A DNA stretch of 63,898 bases, the filler included, from an uncultured bacterium (GTDB taxonomy: Bacteria > DYJV01), in assembly GCA_964543655.1 (NCBI GenBank). It is 9 parts of 9 records of this genome, joined end to end, with 100 filler letters (N's around TTAATTAATTAA, not from the genome) between each part and the next. Parts side by side here need not be neighbours in the genome. Positions count along the whole stretch, not along the records: positions 35,438 to 43,725 come from CAZIZE010000006.1; positions 43,826 to 49,509 come from CAZIZE010000008.1; 7 more parts are not named here. One strand, given 5' to 3'. Under the pieces are notes generated by a model. The model worked only from the letters and a program-made list of their open reading frames with translations, did no database searches and was not told the origin of the DNA. The translations under genes and the position numbers were made by a program. Shown in pieces: positions 38,440 through 48,339 of the stretch (the first letter of the stretch is position 1; the number at the start of each line of letters is the position of its first letter).

Positions 38440-38558
38440 TAAAACATGTTTAACAAAAGTTTATTTTATAGTCAATTTTTTAAAAAAAGTAATTGCAATT
38501 ATAATTAAAATTTACTAAATAGAATATTGTTTTAAACAAATTTTTTAAGGAGGGGAAA

Positions 38559-39569
38559 ATGAAAAAGTTTTTTCTATTTCTAATCTGTTTGGTGGCTGTT
38601 CCATCATTGCTTTTAGCAAAAGGATATAAAAAAGAGTACAAATTGAGCTGTGTTGTTGGCCCCAAATTATTGTGGGGAGAGGGTTCTACATACTTTGCAA
38701 AACTTGTTAGAGAAAGAACCCTTGGAAGGATAAATATTAAAGTTTATCCAGCTGCTTCACTTATGGCAGGTAAGCAGACAAATGAATTTCTCATATTAAG
38801 ACAAGGAATTGCAGATTTTGCTTTTGCTTCTACAATTAACTGGTCTTCTACAATTAAACAGCTAAATCTTTTTAATTTACCTTTCTTTTTTCCAGATTAT
38901 GCAGCACTTGATAGGGTTACAGAAGGTTACGTTGGAGAAACTTTGAAAAAAATTATTAAGAAAAAGGGTGTAACTATACTTGCATGGGGTGAAAATGGTT
39001 ACAGGGAAATTACCAATTCAAAAAGACCTATAGTTAATCCTTCTGATTTAAAGGGACTGAAAATTAGAGTAGTTGGTACACCTATTTTTATTGATATTAT
39101 GAAAGCCCTTGGCGCCAATCCTGTAAATATGAACTGGGGTGAAGCTAAAGTTGCATTTCAGCAGGGTGTTGTTGACGGTCAGGAAAACCCAATAGTTGGT
39201 ATTGAAATTCCTGTAAAAATATGGCAGTTTCATAAATATATAACTGTTTGGCATTATGTAATTGATCCATTGATGCTTGCTGTAAATAATAAAGTTTGGA
39301 AGAGTTTTTCTAAAAAAGATAGAGATATTATCAGGCAGGCTGCAATAGAAGCAGCATACTGGGAAAAAACACAAGTTAGAAAAGGGCTAATTCCACCTGA
39401 TCTAAGTGCACTTGATACTTTGAAAAAACATGGTATGGAAGTAACTGTTCTTACTCCTGCACAAAGGGCTGAATTTAAAAAACTTACCAAACCTATTTAT
39501 GACAAATGGGTTCCAAGAATTGGAAAAAAATTAGTAGAAGAAGCTAAAAAAGCTGTAGAATTTAAATAG
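38559..39569 (+). CDS. dctP: TRAP transporter solute-binding subunit
   Basis: Signal peptide, ENGYRE, GLKIR, DGQENP. Confidence 0.92.
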   Translation: MKKFFLFLICLVAVPSLLLAKGYKKEYKLSCVVGPKLLWGEGSTYFAKLVRERTLGRINIKVYPAASLMAGKQTNEFLILRQGIADFAFASTINWSSTIKQLNLFNLPFFFPDYAALDRVTEGYVGETLKKIIKKKGVTILAWGENGYREITNSKRPIVNPSDLKGLKIRVVGTPIFIDIMKALGANPVNMNWGEAKVAFQQGVVDGQENPIVGIEIPVKIWQFHKYITVWHYVIDPLMLAVNNKVWKSFSKKDRDIIRQAAIEAAYWEKTQVRKGLIPPDLSALDTLKKHGMEVTVLTPAQRAEFKKLTKPIYDKWVPRIGKKLVEEAKKAVEFK

Positions 39570-39578
39570 GAGCTTTAA

Positions 39579-40052
39579 TTGAAAAAAAAGCTAAAATGGT
39601 TTTTAGATAATTTTGAGGAGGTAACAGGGGCTTGCCTCCTCTTTTCAATGGCTCTTCTTGCTTTTATTAATGTAATTACACGATATTTTATAAAATATTC
39701 CTTTGCTCCAACAGAAGAGCTTGAAGTTAGCAGTATGGTATATTTAACCATGCTTGGAGCAAGTGCAGCTTTTAAAAAAGGGCTTCATTTAAAGCTAATG
39801 TTCCTCGAAACAAGGGTAAATAATAGAATAAAAAAACTTTTAAACATTCTATCATTAATTGTGAGTTTTTTGCTATTTTCCACAATTGCTTTCTTAAGCT
39901 ATTTTCACCTACGAGACGAAATAGAGCTACAAATTACAACAGAAGCTTTAAATATTCCAGAGTGGATATATGTTGTTGCTATACCAGCAGGGTCTATTTT
40001 AATTAATATTAGAATTGTTCAGCAATTAATAAAACTATTTAAGAGAAAATAA
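39579..40052 (+). CDS. dctQ: TRAP small permease
   Basis: Four TM segments, NVITRY, EEL, H motif; between dctP and dctM. Confidence 0.88.
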   Translation: MKKKLKWFLDNFEEVTGACLLFSMALLAFINVITRYFIKYSFAPTEELEVSSMVYLTMLGASAAFKKGLHLKLMFLETRVNNRIKKLLNILSLIVSFLLFSTIAFLSYFHLRDEIELQITTEALNIPEWIYVVAIPAGSILINIRIVQQLIKLFKRK

Positions 40053-40053
40053 A

Positions 40054-41337
40054 ATGGGTTTTCTACTTTTTGGTATTTTTCTGGTTTTACTTTTATTGGG
40101 AGTACCTATTGCTGTGTCAATAGGTGTTGCTGCTATTTTTATAATATGGAAAGCAAACCTTGGTATTACAATAGTTTCTCCCAATTTTTACTCAGGAATT
40201 GCTAAGTTTCCTCTTCTTGCAATTCCTCTATTTATACTTGCTGGTTTCATTCTTGAAAGATGTGGCATATCTGAAAGACTTGTGAGATTTGCAAATATAC
40301 TTGTTGGAGAAAGAAAGGGTGCACTTGCAATAGTTGCAGTTGCCGTGTGTGTTTTCTTTGGAGGAATATCAGGCTCAGGTCCTGCTGATGCTGCTGCTAT
40401 TGGGGCAATACTCATTCCTGCTATGATACATGAAGGTTATCCAAGAGGTTTCACAGCAGCACTAATTGCTGGTGCAGGCTCAACAGCGATTGTTGTTCCA
40501 GTTAGTATTGCATTGATTATTTATGGTGCATTAACAAATACATCTATCACCACTCTTTTTGCTGCTGGAATAATTCCCGGAATAATAGCAGGATTATCTC
40601 TTGTTATCCCTGCATATATTATCTCTGTTAAAAAAGGATATGGTGAACATAGAAAAGATGAAAAACATCTTACCCTGTTTCAAGCTTTTAAAGAAGCTTT
40701 TTGGGGGCTACTTGCTCCTGTTATAATTCTCGGTGGTCTTTATGGTGGGGTTTTTACACCAACAGAGGCTGCTGTTGTAGCAGTATTTTATGGAATCTTT
40801 CTTGGTTTTGTTGTATACAGAACATTAACTTTTAAAAAATTTTATGAAATTCTTGTGGATTCATCTAATGCAAGTGCAATAGTTATGCTCATTGTAACTC
40901 TTGCAGGATTATTTTCATGGGCAGCAAGCACCCTTGGCACCCTTGACAGAATTTCACATTATCTACTTGGATTAAGCAGCAATCAGTATGCTATTCTTTT
41001 TTTCATAAATCTAATTCTTTTTATAGCAGGTATGTTAATAGATGCAATTTCTATTTATTACATTTTTTTACCAATATTTTTGCCAATAATTGCAAGGTTT
41101 CACTGGGACCCAATATGGTTCGGTGTTATGATGACTTTTAACCTTGCAATAGGACAATTTACACCACCTGTAGCTGTAAATCTATATGTAACCACTCACC
41201 TTGCCAATATTAATATAGAAGACACATTTAAAGCTGTTATTCCATTTATTGTTTCCATGCTAATTGCGCTAATTTTACTTGCAATTTTCCCTGAAATTAC
41301 CCTTTTTATCCCTCATCTATTTCATATGGGTAGTTAA
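40054..41337 (+). CDS. dctM: TRAP large permease
   Basis: LLAIPLFI, GGISGSGPAD, FTPTEAA, TPPV. Confidence 0.92.
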   Translation: MGFLLFGIFLVLLLLGVPIAVSIGVAAIFIIWKANLGITIVSPNFYSGIAKFPLLAIPLFILAGFILERCGISERLVRFANILVGERKGALAIVAVAVCVFFGGISGSGPADAAAIGAILIPAMIHEGYPRGFTAALIAGAGSTAIVVPVSIALIIYGALTNTSITTLFAAGIIPGIIAGLSLVIPAYIISVKKGYGEHRKDEKHLTLFQAFKEAFWGLLAPVIILGGLYGGVFTPTEAAVVAVFYGIFLGFVVYRTLTFKKFYEILVDSSNASAIVMLIVTLAGLFSWAASTLGTLDRISHYLLGLSSNQYAILFFINLILFIAGMLIDAISIYYIFLPIFLPIIARFHWDPIWFGVMMTFNLAIGQFTPPVAVNLYVTTHLANINIEDTFKAVIPFIVSMLIALILLAIFPEITLFIPHLFHMGS

Positions 41338-42440
41338 ATTTCTATTAATTCATAATTATTGGAGCCAAGACCAATTTTTTCTGCATATTCTAACTGGGTC
41401 TCCCAATCTACGTCAGGATAAACGCATTTTATTTTATCTTCAACCTTACAAGAATCAACTTTGCTGCCTTTGTTAGCAGGTGCAATGTTAAGCATATCTG
41501 CAGATGCCCTATCTATTGCAACAATGTCATCAGAAACCATCACACCTAAATCAGGTGCAATTGGCATGTCATTAAAAGGGTAACAATCACATGCCGGACT
41601 GATATTTGTCAGAAAGTTTATGAAAATTGATTTTTCTTTTTTATCTTTAAGTACTCCAAAAGTGTATTCAACCATTTTTTCCATAAAAGAATTGTAAGCA
41701 TTGGACCACTGAATCTGGATAGCTTCAACAGGGCAAAGAAGTATACATTCTCCACAGCCAATACACTTGTTAGCATCAATAAAAGCTTTTTTGTTTTCAT
41801 TAAAATTAATTGCATTTCCCGGGCATTTTTTCATACATGTACCACACCCAATACATTTTTTCTGCTTAACCTTTGGAGCTATTTCACAATGTTGGGCTAA
41901 TTTCCCTTTTCTTGATGCAGCACCCATACCAACATTTTTAATAGCTCCTCCAAAACCGCTTAATTCATGTAACTTAAAATGTGCCATGCTAATTAAGGCA
42001 TCAGCTTCTACAACTTGAGAACCAATATAAACTTCATTAAAATGTTTTAAATTTACCTCAATTGCAACTTCGTCACCACCTTTTAATCCATCAGCAATAA
42101 TTATTGGTGCATCAACTGTTGCATAAGAAAAACCATTTTTTATTGCAGTTTCAAGATGATTAACTGAATCACTTCTGCTACCAACATATAATGTATTAGC
42201 ATCTGTGAGAAATGGTCTGGCATTTAATTTTTTAATTTCTTTTACAACTTCTCTTACAAATATTGGTCTAATAAAAGCTGCATTCCCCATTTCACCAAAA
42301 TGCAATTTTATTGCAACAAAATCTCTCTCTTTTATTTTATCTTTTAATCCTGCTTCATAACATAGATTGATAATTCTATTAAAAAGATTAGCTTTGTACG
42401 AGCCTGTAATTTTAGTAAAGAAAACCTTTGACTTTTTCAT
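41334..42440 (-). CDS. DUF362 protein with 4Fe-4S dicluster domain
   Basis: IKLHFGE, TDANTLY, HFKLH..GFGGAIKNVGMG, two CIGCG motifs, CDC. Confidence 0.85.
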   Translation of the reverse strand: MKKSKVFFTKITGSYKANLFNRIINLCYEAGLKDKIKERDFVAIKLHFGEMGNAAFIRPIFVREVVKEIKKLNARPFLTDANTLYVGSRSDSVNHLETAIKNGFSYATVDAPIIIADGLKGGDEVAIEVNLKHFNEVYIGSQVVEADALISMAHFKLHELSGFGGAIKNVGMGAASRKGKLAQHCEIAPKVKQKKCIGCGTCMKKCPGNAINFNENKKAFIDANKCIGCGECILLCPVEAIQIQWSNAYNSFMEKMVEYTFGVLKDKKEKSIFINFLTNISPACDCYPFNDMPIAPDLGVMVSDDIVAIDRASADMLNIAPANKGSKVDSCKVEDKIKCVYPDVDWETQLEYAEKIGLGSNNYELIEI

Positions 42441-42591
42441 AGTTTAACCTCCATGAAGAAATATTAAGTTATGCAAAGAAAATATTGAAAAATTTGGGTT
42501 TCAGGTTAAGGTTATTTTATATTTTTTTGAAGAAAAAATCAATTATAATTTCCTGTATAAAATTAAAGTGTAATATTTTAAAAATCAAAAT

Positions 42592-43725
42592 TCAACATAC
42601 GACAAATCTATACTCTGATATATTTCTGATTTTTATATCAAAATTTATTCCTAATAGAATGGTACTTAGTGGTGTCTGATTATTTTTTGCTGAAAATCTT
42701 GGTAAATACTTCTCCTTTATCTGATTAATCGCTTGTTCTGCACTTTGATTGCACTTAAATTCCATTATGTAAATTTTATCCTTTAACTTCACCACCATAT
42801 CTATTCTACCATCACTTGTGAGTAACTCCATATCTGCCGGTGTGCCTCCGGCATTTACCATTAAATAAAATAATGTGTGAAAATTCGCTTCATTTAACTT
42901 ACTTCCCACACTGGATGCTATTCCTGAAAATATACTTTTAGCAATCTCTATAAATCTTTCCACATCTCCTTTCCTCAACGCCCTTCCAAGCTCTAAAAAC
43001 CTTTCTTCCCTGTCTCCTTCATTTACATAACTTCTGTAAAGTATCTTTAAAAATGAGTATTTTACTTCTTTATTTGGATAACTTAACACATATTCATTTG
43101 TTTCAATATCATAATCTTTTATTGTTAAATATCCTGTTTGAAACAGCAGTGCTGAAGGATTTAAATTCTCAAGCTCATAGGTGGAAAATATGCTCTCTTC
43201 AACTATTAATTCCTCTGCTTTTGGCAGATAAAAATTTCTTTCCTTTAACAAATTCACCAAAAATGTCGGTGTGCCGCTTTCAAACCAGTAGTTTTTAAAA
43301 TCTTGATTATCAAAAAAGCAAAATAAGGAATATGGATTGATTACTTTTAAATCCTTTTTTGAAAATCTATATCCATTGTAATAATTCATTATTCTTAATA
43401 CTAATTCTTCTTTGCTATTTGAAAATTCTTCTGCTGTTTCTTGCAAATAATCATCAAAATATAATTCAAGTTCTTGTTGAGTTATTCCAAGCAAGTCTGC
43501 ATATTTGGAGTTCATAGTAATATCATTGAGGTTATTAAGCTCAGAAAATACTCCTGCTCTTGAAAATTTGCTCACCCCTGTTAACAACACAAACCTTAAA
43601 TTCCTTATTACATTCTTGCCTTTTATTGTCCCAAATAAGCTTTTTAATATTTCCCTGTTCTTCTTTGCTATCTCTAATCTCTCAGCTCCCTCTCCAAGAT
43701 GACTTATTATTGGCTTGTCATATTC
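42592..43725 (-). CDS. AAA-ATPase-like / PD-(D/E)XK nuclease protein, copy 2 (5'-truncated)
   Basis: EYDKP, TGVSKF, YNGYRF, YWFESGTP, QTGYLT, GRIDM..MEFK. Confidence 0.88.
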   Translation of the reverse strand, partial: EYDKPIISHLGEGAERLEIAKKNREILKSLFGTIKGKNVIRNLRFVLLTGVSKFSRAGVFSELNNLNDITMNSKYADLLGITQQELELYFDDYLQETAEEFSNSKEELVLRIMNYYNGYRFSKKDLKVINPYSLFCFFDNQDFKNYWFESGTPTFLVNLLKERNFYLPKAEELIVEESIFSTYELENLNPSALLFQTGYLTIKDYDIETNEYVLSYPNKEVKYSFLKILYRSYVNEGDREERFLELGRALRKGDVERFIEIAKSIFSGIASSVGSKLNEANFHTLFYLMVNAGGTPADMELLTSDGRIDMVVKLKDKIYIMEFKCNQSAEQAINQIKEKYLPRFSAKNNQTPLSTILLGINFDIKIRNISEYRFVVC

Positions 43726-43825
43726 NNNNNNNNNNNNNNNNNNNNNNNNNNNNNNNNNNNNNNNNNNNNTTAATTAATTAANNNNNNNNNNNNNNNNNNN
43801 NNNNNNNNNNNNNNNNNNNNNNNNN

Positions 43826-43873
43826 TTTCTCATAAATATCAACTCTTGTTAATGGTTTGCCTATAAATTTCAT
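43826..43873 (-). CDS. N-terminus of a xanthine-dehydrogenase-family molybdopterin subunit (truncated)
   Basis: MKFIGKPLTRVDIYEK, directly after the FAD subunit. Confidence 0.65.
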
Positions 43874-43876
43874 TTT

Positions 43877-44698
43877 TTATCCTAAATATTTTTTATATAA
43901 AATGTCTCTAATAACAGGTAATATGTAATCAAAAGATGGTCTATAATCAGTATATTTTAGAATATCCTGTTTAATAGATGCCATAATGCTTTCCTTGGTT
44001 ACTGTAGATGAAGTGAAAAGTTTCTCTGTAATTGGCATTCTAACTGGAAAGGGAGTAACAGAGCCTAAGCAAATTCTCCATTGATTGGAAAAACTTATTC
44101 CATAAGCAATGTTTAACCTCGATATAGATAGAGAGTTTCTTTTACCAATCTTTATAAACTCTGCTTTTTTAAAGTTATGTTTAAACACTTTTATACCTGT
44201 TACAATTTCATCCTTTCTCAGTTTAACTAAATAAGAGCTTTTAAAAAAATCTTTTAAAAATATTTCTTTTTTACTATTTTTTCCAAAAATAACAACCTGT
44301 GAATTGTATAGCATTAGAGCTGGCACTGAATCTGCCGCAGGTGATGCATTCACAATATTTCCCCCAATTGTTGCAATATTTCTAATTTGAGGTGAACCAA
44401 TACTTTTAAAAGATTGAATCAAACTTGTAAAATTTGCAATATTTTCATTTTTTAAAAGCTCTGAAAATGTATTTGCAGCTCCAATAAAAATATGGTCATT
44501 GAAAGATTCTATTTTTTTTAACTCTTTCATATTTTTTAACAATATTAAATTACTACATTTTATCTCTTTTTGCTTAATTTTAACAATAAGATCAGTTCCA
44601 CCAGCAATAAATTTATAATTTGAAAGAGTTTCAATTAAATTGAAAAGGCTACTTAGAGTTGTTGGATTATAAACTTTAGCATTAATTTTTGAGTACAT
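43877..44698 (-). CDS. Xanthine dehydrogenase/CoxM-family FAD subunit
   Basis: AGGTDL, IGSPQIRNIATIGGNIVNASPAAD. Confidence 0.9.
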   Translation of the reverse strand: MYSKINAKVYNPTTLSSLFNLIETLSNYKFIAGGTDLIVKIKQKEIKCSNLILLKNMKELKKIESFNDHIFIGAANTFSELLKNENIANFTSLIQSFKSIGSPQIRNIATIGGNIVNASPAADSVPALMLYNSQVVIFGKNSKKEIFLKDFFKSSYLVKLRKDEIVTGIKVFKHNFKKAEFIKIGKRNSLSISRLNIAYGISFSNQWRICLGSVTPFPVRMPITEKLFTSSTVTKESIMASIKQDILKYTDYRPSFDYILPVIRDILYKKYLG

Positions 44699-45128
44699 TT
44701 TCTATTGCCTCAATAATCTGGTTGTAACCTGTGCACCTGCAAAGGTTTCCAGAAATTTTTGATTTTATTTCATCTCTATTTAATTTTTCACCAGAAGAGA
44801 GTATTGAATATGCAATTAACATCATTCCAGGGGTACAAAAGCCACATTGCACTGCTCCAGAATTAATAAAGGCTTTTTCAATCTTATCTGTGTCAATACC
44901 TTCAATAGTGGTAATACACTGGTTTTCAATTGCTTTTGTTAATGTTATGCAAGAGTACACAGGCTCATTGTCTAAAAGAACTGTGCATGTTCCACATTCT
45001 CCAATACCACAACCCTGCTTTACACTTTTTATATTCAACCTATTTCTCAATGTATCAATTAAAAGCTCTCCTTCCTCTATTTCAACAGTAACTTCCATAT
45101 TGTTTAAATAAAAATTTATAGATTCCAT
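44682..45128 (-). CDS. Xanthine dehydrogenase/CoxS-family 2x[2Fe-2S] subunit
   Basis: GCGIGECGTC, QCGFCTPG, GNLCRCTGY. Confidence 0.93.
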   Translation of the reverse strand: MESINFYLNNMEVTVEIEEGELLIDTLRNRLNIKSVKQGCGIGECGTCTVLLDNEPVYSCITLTKAIENQCITTIEGIDTDKIEKAFINSGAVQCGFCTPGMMLIAYSILSSGEKLNRDEIKSKISGNLCRCTGYNQIIEAIENVLKN

Positions 45129-45839
45129 TTAAAACCCCATATATGCTCTCTTCACATGTTCATTGTTAATTAAATCTTTACTTTTTCCAGATAAAACAAC
45201 ACGTCCATTTTCAAGCACATAACCTCTGTCACTTATTTCAAGGCTTAAATTTACATTCTGCTCAACAACAAGAATGGTTTTGCCCATTTCTTTTAGGTTT
45301 AAAATAACCTCAAACATTTTTTTCACAAATAATGGTTGTAACCCAAGTGATGGCTCATCAAGAAGTATTAATTCTGGATCAGACATTAATGCTCTACCAA
45401 TTGCAAGCATCTGCCTTTCACCACCACTTAATGTGCCTGCTAATTGAGAAAATCTTTCTTTTAACCTTGGAAAAAGGTTTAATACCTGCTCTAAAATCTC
45501 TTCCCTCTTCTCTTTTGACTTTAAAATGTATGCTCCCATTATAAGATTATCCATTACACTCATATTGGGAAACACTCCTGCTCCTTCAGGAACAAGCATA
45601 ATTCCCTGTTTTACAGTGGAAGTTACACCTATATTTGTAATATTATCCCCTTTAAAAAAAATTTCTCCATTTTTCGCAGGTAAAATATTAGCAATTCCAG
45701 CAAGCAAAGTGCTTTTACCTGCACCATTCTGACCTATTACTACTACTATTTCATTTTTTGCTACAAATAGATTAATACCCCATATAACCTGAATATCATT
45801 ATAGGCTATTTCTAAATTTTTAATTTCAAGTATCTTCAT
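45129..45839 (-). CDS. livF: LIV-type ABC ATPase
   Basis: GQNGAGKS, LSGGERQML, DEPSLGL. Confidence 0.88.
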   Translation of the reverse strand: MKILEIKNLEIAYNDIQVIWGINLFVAKNEIVVVIGQNGAGKSTLLAGIANILPAKNGEIFFKGDNITNIGVTSTVKQGIMLVPEGAGVFPNMSVMDNLIMGAYILKSKEKREEILEQVLNLFPRLKERFSQLAGTLSGGERQMLAIGRALMSDPELILLDEPSLGLQPLFVKKMFEVILNLKEMGKTILVVEQNVNLSLEISDRGYVLENGRVVLSGKSKDLINNEHVKRAYMGF

Positions 45840-45848
45840 AATCCCCTT

Positions 45849-46565
45849 TTATACACCAAAATAAGCTCTCTGAACCTCTTCATTTTCAAGAACTTTATCA
45901 GGTTCGCCATCAGCTATCTTTTCTCCATAGTTTAGCACAATGATTCTGTGGGAAACACCTTTTACAGCTCTCATAATATGCTCTACAATTATTATGGAAA
46001 TACCTTTTGAATTTATTTTTTTTATTAAAAGTAAGAAATCATCTATCTCTTTTGGAGTTAGTCCTGCCATATTTTCATCAAGGAGTAATACTTCAGGTGA
46101 GGTTGCAAGTGCCCTTGCAAATTCAAGACGCCTTCTCTGTGGGACACTCAACTCATTTGCAAGATTATTTTTCAATGAAAAGAGCCCAGAAAATTCAAGT
46201 AATTCATTGGCTATATTAGTTGCGTCTTTGCTATTTTTTTTACCACCAAAAATAGCTGCAAGGTAAATATTTTCAAAGAGAGTTAATTTGGTAAATGGTT
46301 GTACTATTTGTGCTGTTTTCACTATCCCCAACTTACACAATGAATAAGATTTTTTACCAGTAACATCTTTTCCTTTATAAAATATTTTTCCACTTGAAGG
46401 TGAAATAATACCTGCCATAATATTTAAAAGAGTACTTTTACCAGCTCCATTGGGACCAATAAGTCCAAGTATCTCACCTTTTAATAGATGAAAATCAACT
46501 TCAGAAACAGCTCTCAATGCACCGAAATTTTTAACTACTTTGTTTGCTTCAAGTATTTTTTCCAT
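45849..46565 (-). CDS. livG: LIV-type ABC ATPase
   Basis: GPNGAGKS, LLDE, VEH, AYFG. Confidence 0.88.
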   Translation of the reverse strand: MEKILEANKVVKNFGALRAVSEVDFHLLKGEILGLIGPNGAGKSTLLNIMAGIISPSSGKIFYKGKDVTGKKSYSLCKLGIVKTAQIVQPFTKLTLFENIYLAAIFGGKKNSKDATNIANELLEFSGLFSLKNNLANELSVPQRRRLEFARALATSPEVLLLDENMAGLTPKEIDDFLLLIKKINSKGISIIIVEHIMRAVKGVSHRIIVLNYGEKIADGEPDKVLENEEVQRAYFGV

Positions 46566-47467
46566 TTTTTTAACCCATAAAGGCCAGATGGCTCTATTAA
46601 GATTACAAGCACAACGATTATTCCAACAATAATTAGATAATTTTCCACAAACTCTGCTCCAAGATACTCTGATATGGAGCTTAAAAAAGTAGCACCAAGT
46701 ATTGGGCCAATTAAAGTACCCATTCCTCCAATCAAACTCATAATTACCATTTGCACTGTTTTGTGAACATTAAACACATCATCAGGTGTAATATAAGTTA
46801 CCCAGTAAGCATAAATTCCACCAACCACACTTATAAAAAATGCACTTATCATATATGCTGATAATTTAATCAAAGTGGTATTAATACCAATCATCTGTGA
46901 TGCTTCTTCTGATTCATTAATAGCTTTTAGAGCAAGCCCAAATCTTGTTTTTTCAATAAAAAATGTAATAACAACAATAATACCTGCAATCAAAAGCATT
47001 AGATAGTAAAATAGATTGTAATTATTACAAATTGGCAAAGTTATTCCATAACTACCCATAAAAAATTTAACATGAAATGTTCTATCAAAACATAAGATTA
47101 TCTGTTTCATACTTTCAGCAAAAGCAAAAGTAGCAATTGCAAAGTAAGCACCCTTTAATTTTAAAGTTGGCAACCCTATAAAAGTAGATATTATTAGAGC
47201 AATTATACCACCAGCAAAAATTGAAATAAAAAAAGGAATTTTAAGTAGAGTCATTAAAATTGCTGTACTATATGAGCCAATTCCAAAATATACAACAGGG
47301 CCAAAATCAATATAACCAGTGTATCCAGAGGAAATATTCCAGCAACCTGCAAGTGCTATCCACATAAAAAGGTAGGTGAAAAAACGCATATAGTATCTAT
47401 CTATTCCAAATAGAGGTAGTGATGCAACTAATACAAAAATAATTAAGATAAGGAGTAGCTTTTTCAT
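46535..47467 (-). CDS. livM: LIV-type ABC permease
   Basis: GYTGYIDFG, LKGAYFAIAT, GGMGTLIGP. Confidence 0.88.
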   Translation of the reverse strand: MKKLLLILIIFVLVASLPLFGIDRYYMRFFTYLFMWIALAGCWNISSGYTGYIDFGPVVYFGIGSYSTAILMTLLKIPFFISIFAGGIIALIISTFIGLPTLKLKGAYFAIATFAFAESMKQIILCFDRTFHVKFFMGSYGITLPICNNYNLFYYLMLLIAGIIVVITFFIEKTRFGLALKAINESEEASQMIGINTTLIKLSAYMISAFFISVVGGIYAYWVTYITPDDVFNVHKTVQMVIMSLIGGMGTLIGPILGATFLSSISEYLGAEFVENYLIIVGIIVVLVILIEPSGLYGLKKWKKYLKQTK

Positions 47468-48334
47468 TTAAACATTACCTTTGCCAGTAATTCCAGTTGG
47501 TTTAAAGATGAGCATAATAAACAGAAGAATAAATGTAATGGCTACTGAAATTCCAGCATTAATGTATGTAACTGTAAGAGCCTGAATCACACCAAGTATA
47601 ATTCCTCCTATTAATGCCCCTGGAATGTAACCCATACCACCAAGTACAACAACACAAAATGCTATAATAGTATAACTTAACCCCATTTCTGGAAAAAGTA
47701 TTACAAAAGGACTAATTGATGCACCAGCAATGCCTGTTATTGCTGCTCCAATAGCAAAGGTTAGAGCATAAATCTTTTTTACATCTACTCCAAGGAGCTG
47801 TGCAACCTTTTTGTTCTGTGCTGTGGCTCTTATAGCTCTTCCAAGGTCTGTTTTTTCAAGAAGATAGAATAAAAAACCCACTATTATAAAAGCAAGGATA
47901 AATGTAGTAAATCTTGTAACAGGAATTGTTATTCCCAAAATGGAAAAATTGGCACCTGAGTAAGAAGTTGTAATAGAGCGAAAATCGTGTGTCCATAACT
48001 TTACTGCTGTGTTAGCAATTATTAGATGTAGCCCAAATGTGAGAATGTAAGACATTATAGCTGGTTTTTCAATTACTCTGTTTATTAAAAATCTTTGAAT
48101 AAAGTAACCAAGTAAAAATAGGAGTACCCCTGCTATAGGGATACTCAAATATGGGTCAATGTGTGAAATTTTAAAAAGCCAGTATGCAGTAAATGCACCA
48201 AGCATCAACAGCTCACCATGAGCCAGGTTTATAACATCCATAACACCAAATATTAGGGAGAAGCCTGCTGAATATGCAGCATATACTCCTCCAATTAATA
48301 TTCCATTAATTAATGTTTGGATGAAAATTTTCAT
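47468..48334 (-). CDS. livH: LIV-type ABC permease
   Basis: GFSLIFGV..INLAHGE, GRAIRA, VVVLGGMG. Confidence 0.88.
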   Translation of the reverse strand: MKIFIQTLINGILIGGVYAAYSAGFSLIFGVMDVINLAHGELLMLGAFTAYWLFKISHIDPYLSIPIAGVLLFLLGYFIQRFLINRVIEKPAIMSYILTFGLHLIIANTAVKLWTHDFRSITTSYSGANFSILGITIPVTRFTTFILAFIIVGFLFYLLEKTDLGRAIRATAQNKKVAQLLGVDVKKIYALTFAIGAAITGIAGASISPFVILFPEMGLSYTIIAFCVVVLGGMGYIPGALIGGIILGVIQALTVTYINAGISVAITFILLFIMLIFKPTGITGKGNV

Positions 48335-48339
48335 TATTC

